From the IMG/VR virus record IMGVR_UViG_3300023703_000810: 59,919 bases of DNA; one strand, written 5' to 3'. The notes beneath the pieces were generated by a model. That model saw nothing but the letters and a program-made list of their open reading frames with translations, did not search any database and was not told the origin of the DNA. Source of the DNA: an uncultured virus (IMG/VR IMGVR_UViG_3300023703_000810) (taxonomy: Duplodnaviria > Heunggongvirae > Uroviricota > Caudoviricetes). This document shows, piece by piece, positions 19,617 through 27,867 of the stretch (its first letter is position 1; each line of letters begins with the position of its first letter). The translations under genes were made by a program, and so were the position numbers.

Positions 19617-20302
19617 TGTGTGCTGTTATCGGTGCTGTGATTCAAAAACCCACAGCAACCCACTTTGATATGATTAGAAATGTATTCCACGAATCTCGTA
19701 TTCGTGGACTGCATGCGACTGGATTATCCTACCTCAAAGGTGGGGTAATCCATACTTTTAAAGAACCAGTCCCAGCGGATGAATTCAGAAAACTAGATGA
19801 TTTAGAGGAGATGGTTGATGACGATGGTACTCTTTACCTTATTGGTCACTGCAGATATAGTACTAGCGATTTATTGTATAACCAACCGATAGCAAATGAA
19901 TCAACATCAATTGTCCATAATGGTGTTATTACTCAGCACGATCCTGCTGATTGGGAAGTCTTGCACGGATACGCATGCGATGGTAAGAACGACACCGAAC
20001 TATTACTCCGTTCACTCGCTGACTACAGCCCACTAGAGCACTGGAAAGATGCAAGCCTTGCTGTTTGTGAATTACACACAGACAGAACACTGCGCACATA
20101 CCGCAATGGTAAGCGACCATTATATTTGACAGTTTTGGATGACGGATGTATAATTACTTCTACGGCTAACGTTGCTAAACGCGCCAACCTAAACTATACA
20201 ACTGTTCCATTGTCTATGAACATCTACCATACTATCGACGCTGACTTGTCTCATACTCTCGAGAAAGTAGACATCGAAGGTGCAGTAGATTACCAATTAT
20301 GA
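19616..20302 (+). CDS. Class II (Ntn) glutamine amidotransferase-like protein
   Basis: N-terminal M-C, RGLHATG, GHCRYST, HNGVI, DTE, RPL. Confidence 0.85.
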   Translation: MCAVIGAVIQKPTATHFDMIRNVFHESRIRGLHATGLSYLKGGVIHTFKEPVPADEFRKLDDLEEMVDDDGTLYLIGHCRYSTSDLLYNQPIANESTSIVHNGVITQHDPADWEVLHGYACDGKNDTELLLRSLADYSPLEHWKDASLAVCELHTDRTLRTYRNGKRPLYLTVLDDGCIITSTANVAKRANLNYTTVPLSMNIYHTIDADLSHTLEKVDIEGAVDYQL

Positions 20303-20940
20303 TTCTTGTAAACTCAACCAAAGTACAACAGCTTATCGGATCGAGTCCAGCTGGTAAGAACACCAAGTTCTTATCGGCTGCACACTCATTGTGGACTCGT
20401 TTCCATAACTACGATAAGTCTCTGCCAATGGCTTACGAAGTCAACGGTGAAGTTGTCTCTCTAATCTTTGCTACATTTAATCGGGATGGATATGCCAACC
20501 TCTACGAAATCGTCACGCTCGAAGGGCAAGAAGGTAAAGGCTATGCGTCCAAGTGCTGGGACGCGTGGATCAAGTACGCAGTCGAAGAACGAAAAGTCCA
20601 ACGACTTAAAATCTCTTGTACTCCCTCAAGTGTCGGCTGGCACAATCGGAATGGTTTGGTGTTTTGGGCAGTTGACCCGACTGGTTCACTCCGCTCAGAC
20701 CAGCCACTATTCGCTACACGTGCCGAACAAATTGCCTACAGAGACAACGCAATCGTAAACCCACTTCAAGCATTACCACCAGCTAAGGCTCGTGCTCAAT
20801 TCCTTGCTGAAGGTTTAGAGTCATACACTTGGGGCGAAAAGAAGAAAGCTAAGACACAAGCTGCTATTGATACAGTCGGTAAGGCTTGGTTAAGAGAAGC
20901 ACTGATGGATCAACCATCACTTGAGGACTTTTTGAAATAA
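20299..20940 (+). CDS. GNAT-like acyltransferase
   Basis: NLYEIVTLEGQEGKGYAS resembles GNAT motif A. Confidence 0.65.
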   Translation: MILVNSTKVQQLIGSSPAGKNTKFLSAAHSLWTRFHNYDKSLPMAYEVNGEVVSLIFATFNRDGYANLYEIVTLEGQEGKGYASKCWDAWIKYAVEERKVQRLKISCTPSSVGWHNRNGLVFWAVDPTGSLRSDQPLFATRAEQIAYRDNAIVNPLQALPPAKARAQFLAEGLESYTWGEKKKAKTQAAIDTVGKAWLREALMDQPSLEDFLK

Positions 20941-21959
20941 TGGATTATCGCTTAAAAGAAAACCGACGTGAAGCGTTCATCCGTTGGTATGCTTGGTCAT
21001 TACAGTATAATGATTGTGACCCAGCTGTATGGGCTACAAACTATCTCAATGATCGCTATGAGCATAACGATGAAGAACGCATCTGGCTTGCATGGCTATA
21101 TGGAAACACGTATCAACTCCCAACTGCATGGGTGTTGAAGAATGAATTCCCTGACTACGAACTCGCTGACCTTGGACGTATCACTGACTGGAATTCTAAG
21201 AACTACAAACGTCTCCGTTATCAGACAGACACTAAGTGGAACAAGGGACATCTACCTGTGATGTTCGAATCATATCAGAAATTTATTGGAAATGGATCAC
21301 AACGTGAAAAACTCGAATCGTTCTATGTGGGTAGCTCTAAGCAAAACTTTGATGTACTTTGGGGAGTACTTAAGACAAACCTTCACAAGTTTGGGCGTTA
21401 TTCTACTTGGTTCTATATGCAGCATCTTAAACACACTGCTGCTATTGACATTGAGCCTACTTCTCTCATGCTTGACGATTATGATGGTTCCCGTTCTCAT
21501 CGTAATGGATTACTTCTTGCCATTGGGAAAGACGACGACTATGATCGAAAACTTACTCAACAAGAATATCGAGACCTTGAATCTATTAGCAGTGGAATTA
21601 TCGCTGAGATGAAAGATAGGTTTCCACATCTTGCGAGTCAAATTGACTACTTTACGATGGAAACCTGCCTCTGTTCATTCAAGAAGATCTTTCGCCAGAA
21701 ACACGGACGTTATCTTAGCTACTATCTTGACCGACAAGCTGAAGAGATTCAAGTTGCAGAGAAAGACGGATGGACTGGTATTGAATGGAATGTACTCTGG
21801 GATGCTCGCAATGAAACAATAGATTTGCGCTTGGATCGTAAACAGGGTATAATTAAGGAAAGGTTTGGCGACTTCTTAGCTACAGGTAGACTAGATGGGC
21901 TAGACTGGATGTTTAATGATGAAGAACGTGTTGCAATTGGATTGGAGAATTTTTTATGA
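20940..21959 (+). CDS. aGPT-PPlase / amino-acid:DNA transferase (HhH-glycosylase-like fold)
   Basis: DCDP...WLAWLYG...FGRYSTWFY...ETCLCSFKK motifs; context with TET/JBP and a kinase. Confidence 0.75.
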   Translation: MDYRLKENRREAFIRWYAWSLQYNDCDPAVWATNYLNDRYEHNDEERIWLAWLYGNTYQLPTAWVLKNEFPDYELADLGRITDWNSKNYKRLRYQTDTKWNKGHLPVMFESYQKFIGNGSQREKLESFYVGSSKQNFDVLWGVLKTNLHKFGRYSTWFYMQHLKHTAAIDIEPTSLMLDDYDGSRSHRNGLLLAIGKDDDYDRKLTQQEYRDLESISSGIIAEMKDRFPHLASQIDYFTMETCLCSFKKIFRQKHGRYLSYYLDRQAEEIQVAEKDGWTGIEWNVLWDARNETIDLRLDRKQGIIKERFGDFLATGRLDGLDWMFNDEERVAIGLENFL

Positions 21960-22420
21960 CAGATGCTATTGGTGATGTTATTGTTGATAACGGTGATTTG
22001 AAAATTATGACTAACAATGGATTACAAACCATTATGTCTAACGCAGTTCTTACTGCTCCATCTTCTATTGGCGTTAGCTCGTGGAGTGCCAATAATGTTG
22101 TTACTGCTGGACAAGGTGGGTTCACCATCAAGGTAGACCCAAATGAAATGCTCGAGAAATATGAGTTCAACCAATTCGTTGTTGAGCATAAAGTTCAAGA
22201 GCAAGAACTCTTAAAGTTGAAAGAAACCAACGTCAACTATGCTGAAGAAATCAAAGAAGCAATGGCAAAGAATTGTGCACGTGAGTTCATTAAAAAACTA
22301 TCGTTCTCTAAGAAGCATGACCCTGATACTTCTACTCACTCTTTCCGTGGTCGCGTTTGGGTGTTCACCCGAGAAGAATTGGTAAACCTAATCGAAGACG
22401 TCAAAAAAGGTAACGTATGA
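21956..22420 (+). CDS. Hypothetical protein in modification operon
   Basis: ATGA-coupled on both sides. Confidence 0.7.
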   Translation: MTDAIGDVIVDNGDLKIMTNNGLQTIMSNAVLTAPSSIGVSSWSANNVVTAGQGGFTIKVDPNEMLEKYEFNQFVVEHKVQEQELLKLKETNVNYAEEIKEAMAKNCAREFIKKLSFSKKHDPDTSTHSFRGRVWVFTREELVNLIEDVKKGNV

Positions 22421-23022
22421 TGATTGATAAATTTGGTGTTCAAGACGAGATCAAAGTCGAGTTGATCAAGAACACTCTGAAGACTCGAAAGATTATTGCC
22501 GTTGGTGGTGTTCCAGGGACTGGTAAGACTACACTGTTTCGTAAATACATGGAAGATAAAAACTGGATCGAAACTGCTCCCGCCAAGTTAGTAGTTGCCA
22601 GCTATAATACTGACCGAGACTTGTATGTTCTTGGTAAGTACGATGAGGGTGAAACCTTTGCTGGTACAGATCGTCTTTCGATGGCAGTTCAACCTCCACT
22701 GCAAGAATGGATCGCGTCCCATAACTGTAATATCCTTTTTGAAGGTGACCGAGTATTTAATCAGTCATTCCTAGAGTTTTGTATGGGTCTACCGAACACC
22801 GAACTTCAGGTGGTCTATTTGAAGGCTCCACAGGCTATGTTGGAACAGCGCTACAAGGATCGAGGCTCCGATCAGTCCGAGCAATTCCTAAGAGGTAGAG
22901 AAACTAAATATAGTAACATACTGTCTAATTTCGACTTGATGTCCTATATTACTGAGTTTAATAATACCAACTTAGAGGAGCAATCGAAAGTCCTTGCACA
23001 TTTGGAGAAGCAATTTAGTTAA
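22417..23022 (+). CDS. P-loop nucleotide/DNA kinase of base-modification clusters
   Basis: GGVPGTGKT, FAGTDRLSMAVQP, FEGDR, RGSDQ. Confidence 0.8.
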   Translation: MMIDKFGVQDEIKVELIKNTLKTRKIIAVGGVPGTGKTTLFRKYMEDKNWIETAPAKLVVASYNTDRDLYVLGKYDEGETFAGTDRLSMAVQPPLQEWIASHNCNILFEGDRVFNQSFLEFCMGLPNTELQVVYLKAPQAMLEQRYKDRGSDQSEQFLRGRETKYSNILSNFDLMSYITEFNNTNLEEQSKVLAHLEKQFS

Positions 23023-23042
23023 GCAAGACTTTCTGGGAGGCT

Positions 23043-23738
23043 ATGCAATTCCTAGAAAATGCAAACTACGACTGGCTGGAGTTGTTAAACTTCAGCACAC
23101 GCCCATTTAGAGCGAAATTCATTCCATCTAAAATTTGGAGAGACCTAGACAGGTATCGTAATGATTCTGTCGGTCTCTCCAACTACGTTAAGAAGTGGCG
23201 CACTAAAATTGAGTGGCAACCTCAGAAATCAAAAGCCAAGGTCTATGACACTTACCTTGCACTAGGTGGAGAATACTCTCCCGAAGATCGCCAGTGCATC
23301 ATACAAATACTAACCCAAGATTTCAAGAACTTCAAGTTCTCAGAAGAGTCATGGGATAAATTAAAATTCCGTTTTATTCAAACTCTTATGCATGAGATGA
23401 TTCACTTCATGCAATACGATCGTCGAGATGATCAGTGGAGTAACTACGTAGTTCCATACAAACGAGTTGGTCACAAAAAGAAAGACGAAGAGAGAAGATA
23501 CCTTTCAGAGTTTGATGAGATCCAAGCGTATGCCCACTGCATATATCTTGACTTCAAAATGTATCGCCCGAATGTCCCAATAGAAGTATTACTAAGTCGT
23601 TGTAAGAAAAAGATAGACTCAAGAACTCTACACTATGTTCTTAAGACATTTGACTACGATTTTAACAACAACCATTCTCCGCAGATGATCATCCAGCAGA
23701 TAGGTAAGTGGGACAGGAAGTATAATCGCTTGACCTAA
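23043..23738 (+). CDS. Hypothetical protein with HExxH metallopeptidase motif
   Basis: LMHEMIHFMQ...EIQAYA. Confidence 0.6.
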   Translation: MQFLENANYDWLELLNFSTRPFRAKFIPSKIWRDLDRYRNDSVGLSNYVKKWRTKIEWQPQKSKAKVYDTYLALGGEYSPEDRQCIIQILTQDFKNFKFSEESWDKLKFRFIQTLMHEMIHFMQYDRRDDQWSNYVVPYKRVGHKKKDEERRYLSEFDEIQAYAHCIYLDFKMYRPNVPIEVLLSRCKKKIDSRTLHYVLKTFDYDFNNNHSPQMIIQQIGKWDRKYNRLT

Positions 23739-23768
23739 ATAGTTAGTTATTACTATAATCGACTAACT

Positions 23769-25148
23769 ATGGCAGCTTACAAATACGGAGAGATGGCTTT
23801 AACAGCTAAAAGCATTTCAGACTTTCTAAAGAAGAAGGGTCTGACTGCTTCTATTAAAATATCACGTTATCAGACTCAAATCAAGTCTGTGGAAGTTGCG
23901 TTCCCTGGATCTTTAGAAGAAATGCTGAAGAAAGCTGGTATCACTGCCAAGCTAGCAGACATCTCTACTACTGATGAGAAAGCTATCTCAGGTAAGTACA
24001 AAGCCAAGTTGATGACTCTATCAACGACTGTTGCTGGTTGTACAAAAGGATCTACTTGTTTCATCCTGAATACCTATACTGAAAAAGGTTCTTTAAAGAC
24101 TAAAGACTTAGCTCCAGACAAGTTAGATCTTGTTGGAGCAAAAGGATATACCACTCTGGCATCTTTCGATAAGGCAGTCTACTCTGGTATCGAAAACCTT
24201 AAAGTTGGTTCAGAGATTAAGACAGCCCTGACTTCTCTGTATAAAACAGTGGCAGACAATAAAGCCAAGACTGATACTGTGGCATTTAACGCTACAGCTA
24301 AAAAGGCTATGGCAACAATAAAACCCCAAGACAAACAAGCCATCGGTAAAGACTTCGGTGAGATTCTATCACTGCGTTGGTATCTAACTCAAGACCATAG
24401 CAAAGGTTGGAATCAGTTTGGCTTCTCAGTTATCTCAAACGAAGCTCTTGTTGACTTCTACGTTAATAAATTGGTTGGTGGTAAGAAAGTCAAGACAGAT
24501 GTATCTGCTAAGTTTGAAGCTGGTGCTGCTCCATCCATCGGTGCCATTGTTGATAACATTGATAAGGTTTACAAGTCACCAAAGGCTGAAGAGAAGAAAG
24601 CTATTGATGTTCTAAAGGCTCTTGCAGGTAAGGATGATAATACATCCACCAAGATCCTGAAGGCGTTCGAGACTCTTAAGCTGCCTGCATATAACAAACT
24701 CAAATCAGTTGTGGGTGCAAGAGGTGCGTTTAGTATCTCCGATGTATCATCTTCTATTCAGAAAATCGCTTCTGCATCAAAGACTCCAGCCAACAGAATC
24801 AAGATGTTCAATACTGAATACTCTAAGATCTACGAAGAGCTAGGAAAGAATGCCAGTCCAGAATCATTGAATGTTGTTTTCAGCACACCAACCTATAAGA
24901 AGTACTACTCTTTGATTCTTGCTCCGATGGGTTATGCCCTCGTGGACTATATGAACAAGAACAAGATCTACCAAGATATCCTAAACAATATCAGCCGAGA
25001 GATGAAGACCGAGCAAGTATATCTAAACTTTGTCGGCGATAAGATGGTGTTCCATAAGAAGCTATTCTCGAATGCTGAGTTTAAGTTCGCTTATGGTGCT
25101 AATGCCAAGGACTCTGACAATACTGGTATCAAGTTCTCGATGAAATAA
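23769..25148 (+). CDS. Hypothetical late protein (possible PD-(D/E)xK-like fold)
   Basis: CTAAATA upstream; KDFGEI...N..LVDF...VSAK. Confidence 0.6.
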   Translation: MAAYKYGEMALTAKSISDFLKKKGLTASIKISRYQTQIKSVEVAFPGSLEEMLKKAGITAKLADISTTDEKAISGKYKAKLMTLSTTVAGCTKGSTCFILNTYTEKGSLKTKDLAPDKLDLVGAKGYTTLASFDKAVYSGIENLKVGSEIKTALTSLYKTVADNKAKTDTVAFNATAKKAMATIKPQDKQAIGKDFGEILSLRWYLTQDHSKGWNQFGFSVISNEALVDFYVNKLVGGKKVKTDVSAKFEAGAAPSIGAIVDNIDKVYKSPKAEEKKAIDVLKALAGKDDNTSTKILKAFETLKLPAYNKLKSVVGARGAFSISDVSSSIQKIASASKTPANRIKMFNTEYSKIYEELGKNASPESLNVVFSTPTYKKYYSLILAPMGYALVDYMNKNKIYQDILNNISREMKTEQVYLNFVGDKMVFHKKLFSNAEFKFAYGANAKDSDNTGIKFSMK

Positions 25149-25191
25149 TAGCGATTATAAATAACTGTATACTACTTTATAGATGGATTAA

Positions 25192-26070
25192 ATGAAAGAT
25201 TACAAACAACTTATAAAAGAACTACCATCCAAAACGGTTGTTCTAGCCTGTGGAAAGTTTAACCCTCCAACGATGGGGCACGAACTTGTTATCAAGGCTG
25301 TCAAAAAACTCGCCGAACAAAGAAGCGCAGACCACGTAATCTATGCATCCGCTGCATCAGATAACAAAAAGAATCCCCTGTTAGTAGAAAAGAAACTCCA
25401 GTATCTTAATCTGGTGTTCCCTAAGACCAACTTTGTTGAGTCTGCAGAGACTTTGCCTAACTTAGTTAAGCAACTCAAAGAGAACTATAAGAATGTCGTT
25501 ATCGTTACCAGTTCAGATAAGGCTGCTGCATTCCGACGTTTAGGTGTTGAGGTTATCGCAGCTGGTGAGAAAGATCCAGACTCTGATGAATCACTCCGTT
25601 CTGCTGCAGCCAAAGGGTTGTATGAAGAATTTAAAAAGGGTCTTCCAACTTCAGTTAGAGAGATCGACTCTCGTCGTTTGATGAACGACGTTCGTATCGG
25701 TACTGGCTTGGAAGCTATCAAAGAACAAATTAACCTAGTCAAAGATGATCTCCGTGAAAAGTATTTCCGTGGAGAAATCTTTAAGGTCGGGGAAATCGTA
25801 GAATCAAACGGTGAACAATTCGAGATTGTGAAGCGTGGTTCTAATCACTTGCTTGTAAAAGAAGCATCAGGTAAACTTACTTCTAAATGGATTCAAGACT
25901 TGCAACCTACTCAAATAAAAACAAGACCAAAGAAGCACCCACAGATTGAGACAGAAAACTGCCCTCAGTGTGGTAAAGAACACACTGGAGTATGTCCAGA
26001 AGATTTTAAACAACCGTTTGATCCTATGTTCAAGGAATCATTCAAAGAGTGGAGAAAGAAAAACAAATGA
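25192..26070 (+). CDS. Cytidyltransferase-like (HIGH) protein
   Basis: GKFNPPTMGH, KKNPL; TATAAATA promoter upstream. Confidence 0.8.
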   Translation: MKDYKQLIKELPSKTVVLACGKFNPPTMGHELVIKAVKKLAEQRSADHVIYASAASDNKKNPLLVEKKLQYLNLVFPKTNFVESAETLPNLVKQLKENYKNVVIVTSSDKAAAFRRLGVEVIAAGEKDPDSDESLRSAAAKGLYEEFKKGLPTSVREIDSRRLMNDVRIGTGLEAIKEQINLVKDDLREKYFRGEIFKVGEIVESNGEQFEIVKRGSNHLLVKEASGKLTSKWIQDLQPTQIKTRPKKHPQIETENCPQCGKEHTGVCPEDFKQPFDPMFKESFKEWRKKNK

Positions 26071-26504
26071 CAGAATTAACAGCAGCCCTAAAGGTGGCTT
26101 TAGCAAACACCTTCGTAATGTACTTTAAGCTACATTCTTTCCACTGGAATACTGAAGGAAGAGACTTCGCTGAGTTCCATGGATTCTTCGGAGACTTATA
26201 CGACGATGTTTATGGTGCAGTAGACCCACTTGCTGAAAACCTTCGTAAGCTAGATGTTTATGCTCCAATGAGTTTGATGGAGTTGTATAATAACAAAACT
26301 ATTATGGAAGAAAGTAGTATCCCAGACATCCAAGGTATGTTGTCTGCTGCATTGGCTGCAAACGATCAAGTCTTGTATAGCCTAAATAAAGTATTCGCCC
26401 TTGCTCAGAAAGAAAACAAGCAAGGACTCTGTAACTTTATTGCAGATCGTATCGATACACACGAGAAGCATGGCTGGCAATTGCGTGCTTCGTTAAAGGG
26501 ATAA
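26067..26504 (+). CDS. dps: Dps/ferritin-like protein
   Basis: HSFHWN...FAEFH...DPLAENLR...HEKHGWQL. Confidence 0.9.
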   Translation: MTELTAALKVALANTFVMYFKLHSFHWNTEGRDFAEFHGFFGDLYDDVYGAVDPLAENLRKLDVYAPMSLMELYNNKTIMEESSIPDIQGMLSAALAANDQVLYSLNKVFALAQKENKQGLCNFIADRIDTHEKHGWQLRASLKG

Positions 26505-26505
26505 G

Positions 26506-27756
26506 ATGAAGTCATTTCTAACTTACTTAAAAGAAGAGAAAGATGCTTTGGGTCATGGATCCAACGCAAAGGATGACCCACAACAACTGAAACATATTCA
26601 CCATGCCGAAGACCGTCCATTGATGCACGGTGCTGGTGGTTTCGAGCATGCTCGTGGTTCTCTTCTCCAAGCCCATGAACACATGAAGGCTGGTCACCAC
26701 AATACTAATCTTACTATGAAGTATGATGGTTCTCCATCTGTAGTATTCGGACACCACCCAAAGTCTGGTAAGTTCTTTGTTGCTTCTAAATCTGCATTCA
26801 ACAAAGACCCTAAGCTAAACTATTCTCATGCTGACATTCAAAAGAACCATGGACATGCTCCAGGTCTTGTCACTAAACTAAGTGCTGCTCTTGAACACCT
26901 ACCTAAAGTTGCTCCAAATCAAGGTGTTTATCAAGGTGACTTGATGCACTCTCATGGTGATGTACAGCATGATAAGAAAACTGGAACTGCTAAGTTCACA
27001 CCAAACACTATTACATATACTGCCCATGGAGAAGAAGCTAAGAAAGCTGCTGCTTCTAAAGTTGGTGTAGTAGTTCACCAGAAATATGAACATGGATCTG
27101 ACAAAGAGTTGCACAATATGTCTGCTACTCCACATCCAGATATGCATAACTTTGGACAACACAAAGATGTCCACTTGAAGTCTGCTGAACACGATACAAG
27201 TAAGATTGACTATCCACAAAAAGATCAAGAAACTTTCCACAAGCACATGGCTGCTGCGAAAGAAATTCACGATACTCATGGAGCTAAGATGTATGGTGCT
27301 ATCCATAAGTCTCATGCTGGTGAAGGTGGACATCTAGGTACTTACATTAACTCTACTGTGCGTGATGCCGAGATCCCAACTGCTGGTGGTTTCAAGAAGC
27401 ACATGGAAGCTCACTTCGAAAAAGCAGCTGGTAAGCTAAAGTCTGAAGCTGGACAAGCTAAGAAAAAAGCTGAAGGTACAGAACATGCTGCTCATATCGA
27501 AGCTAATAAGTCTCATTATGAAAACCTATTGGGAATGCATCAGCATCTACAAAAGGCTAAAGATACATTGGTTACTAACCTAAACAAACACACTGGTGGT
27601 TTTGAACATCATATCGACAGTTCTAAAACTGATCCAGAAGGTTTCGTTGTTAATCATGAACACGAAGGTCGTACTGAACCAACTAAGCTGGTTAATCGTA
27701 AAGAGTTCAGTAAAGCCAACTTACTAAAAATTAAAAAGTGGAATCAAGGCACATGA
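26506..27756 (+). CDS. His-rich late protein with ligase-like nucleotidyltransferase motifs
   Basis: MKYDGSP, YQGDL, EGFV, KLVNR (motifs I/III/IV/V-like); CTS-like N-terminus. Confidence 0.65.
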   Translation: MKSFLTYLKEEKDALGHGSNAKDDPQQLKHIHHAEDRPLMHGAGGFEHARGSLLQAHEHMKAGHHNTNLTMKYDGSPSVVFGHHPKSGKFFVASKSAFNKDPKLNYSHADIQKNHGHAPGLVTKLSAALEHLPKVAPNQGVYQGDLMHSHGDVQHDKKTGTAKFTPNTITYTAHGEEAKKAAASKVGVVVHQKYEHGSDKELHNMSATPHPDMHNFGQHKDVHLKSAEHDTSKIDYPQKDQETFHKHMAAAKEIHDTHGAKMYGAIHKSHAGEGGHLGTYINSTVRDAEIPTAGGFKKHMEAHFEKAAGKLKSEAGQAKKKAEGTEHAAHIEANKSHYENLLGMHQHLQKAKDTLVTNLNKHTGGFEHHIDSSKTDPEGFVVNHEHEGRTEPTKLVNRKEFSKANLLKIKKWNQGT

Positions 27757-27863
27757 AATCATTCATCGACTATCTAATCGAAAACAACTGTACGTGCTGG
27801 AAAGGTTACAAGCACAAGCCTGGAACTAAACCATGTGCTGAAGGTTCTTGTGTTAAAGAGTAA
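27753..27863 (+). CDS. 36-aa peptide MKSFIDYLIENNCTCWKGY...CVKE (putative internal head peptide)
   Basis: ATGA coupling; CTS-like N-terminus; CWKGY motif. Confidence 0.65.
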   Translation: MKSFIDYLIENNCTCWKGYKHKPGTKPCAEGSCVKE

Positions 27864-27867
27864 GACT

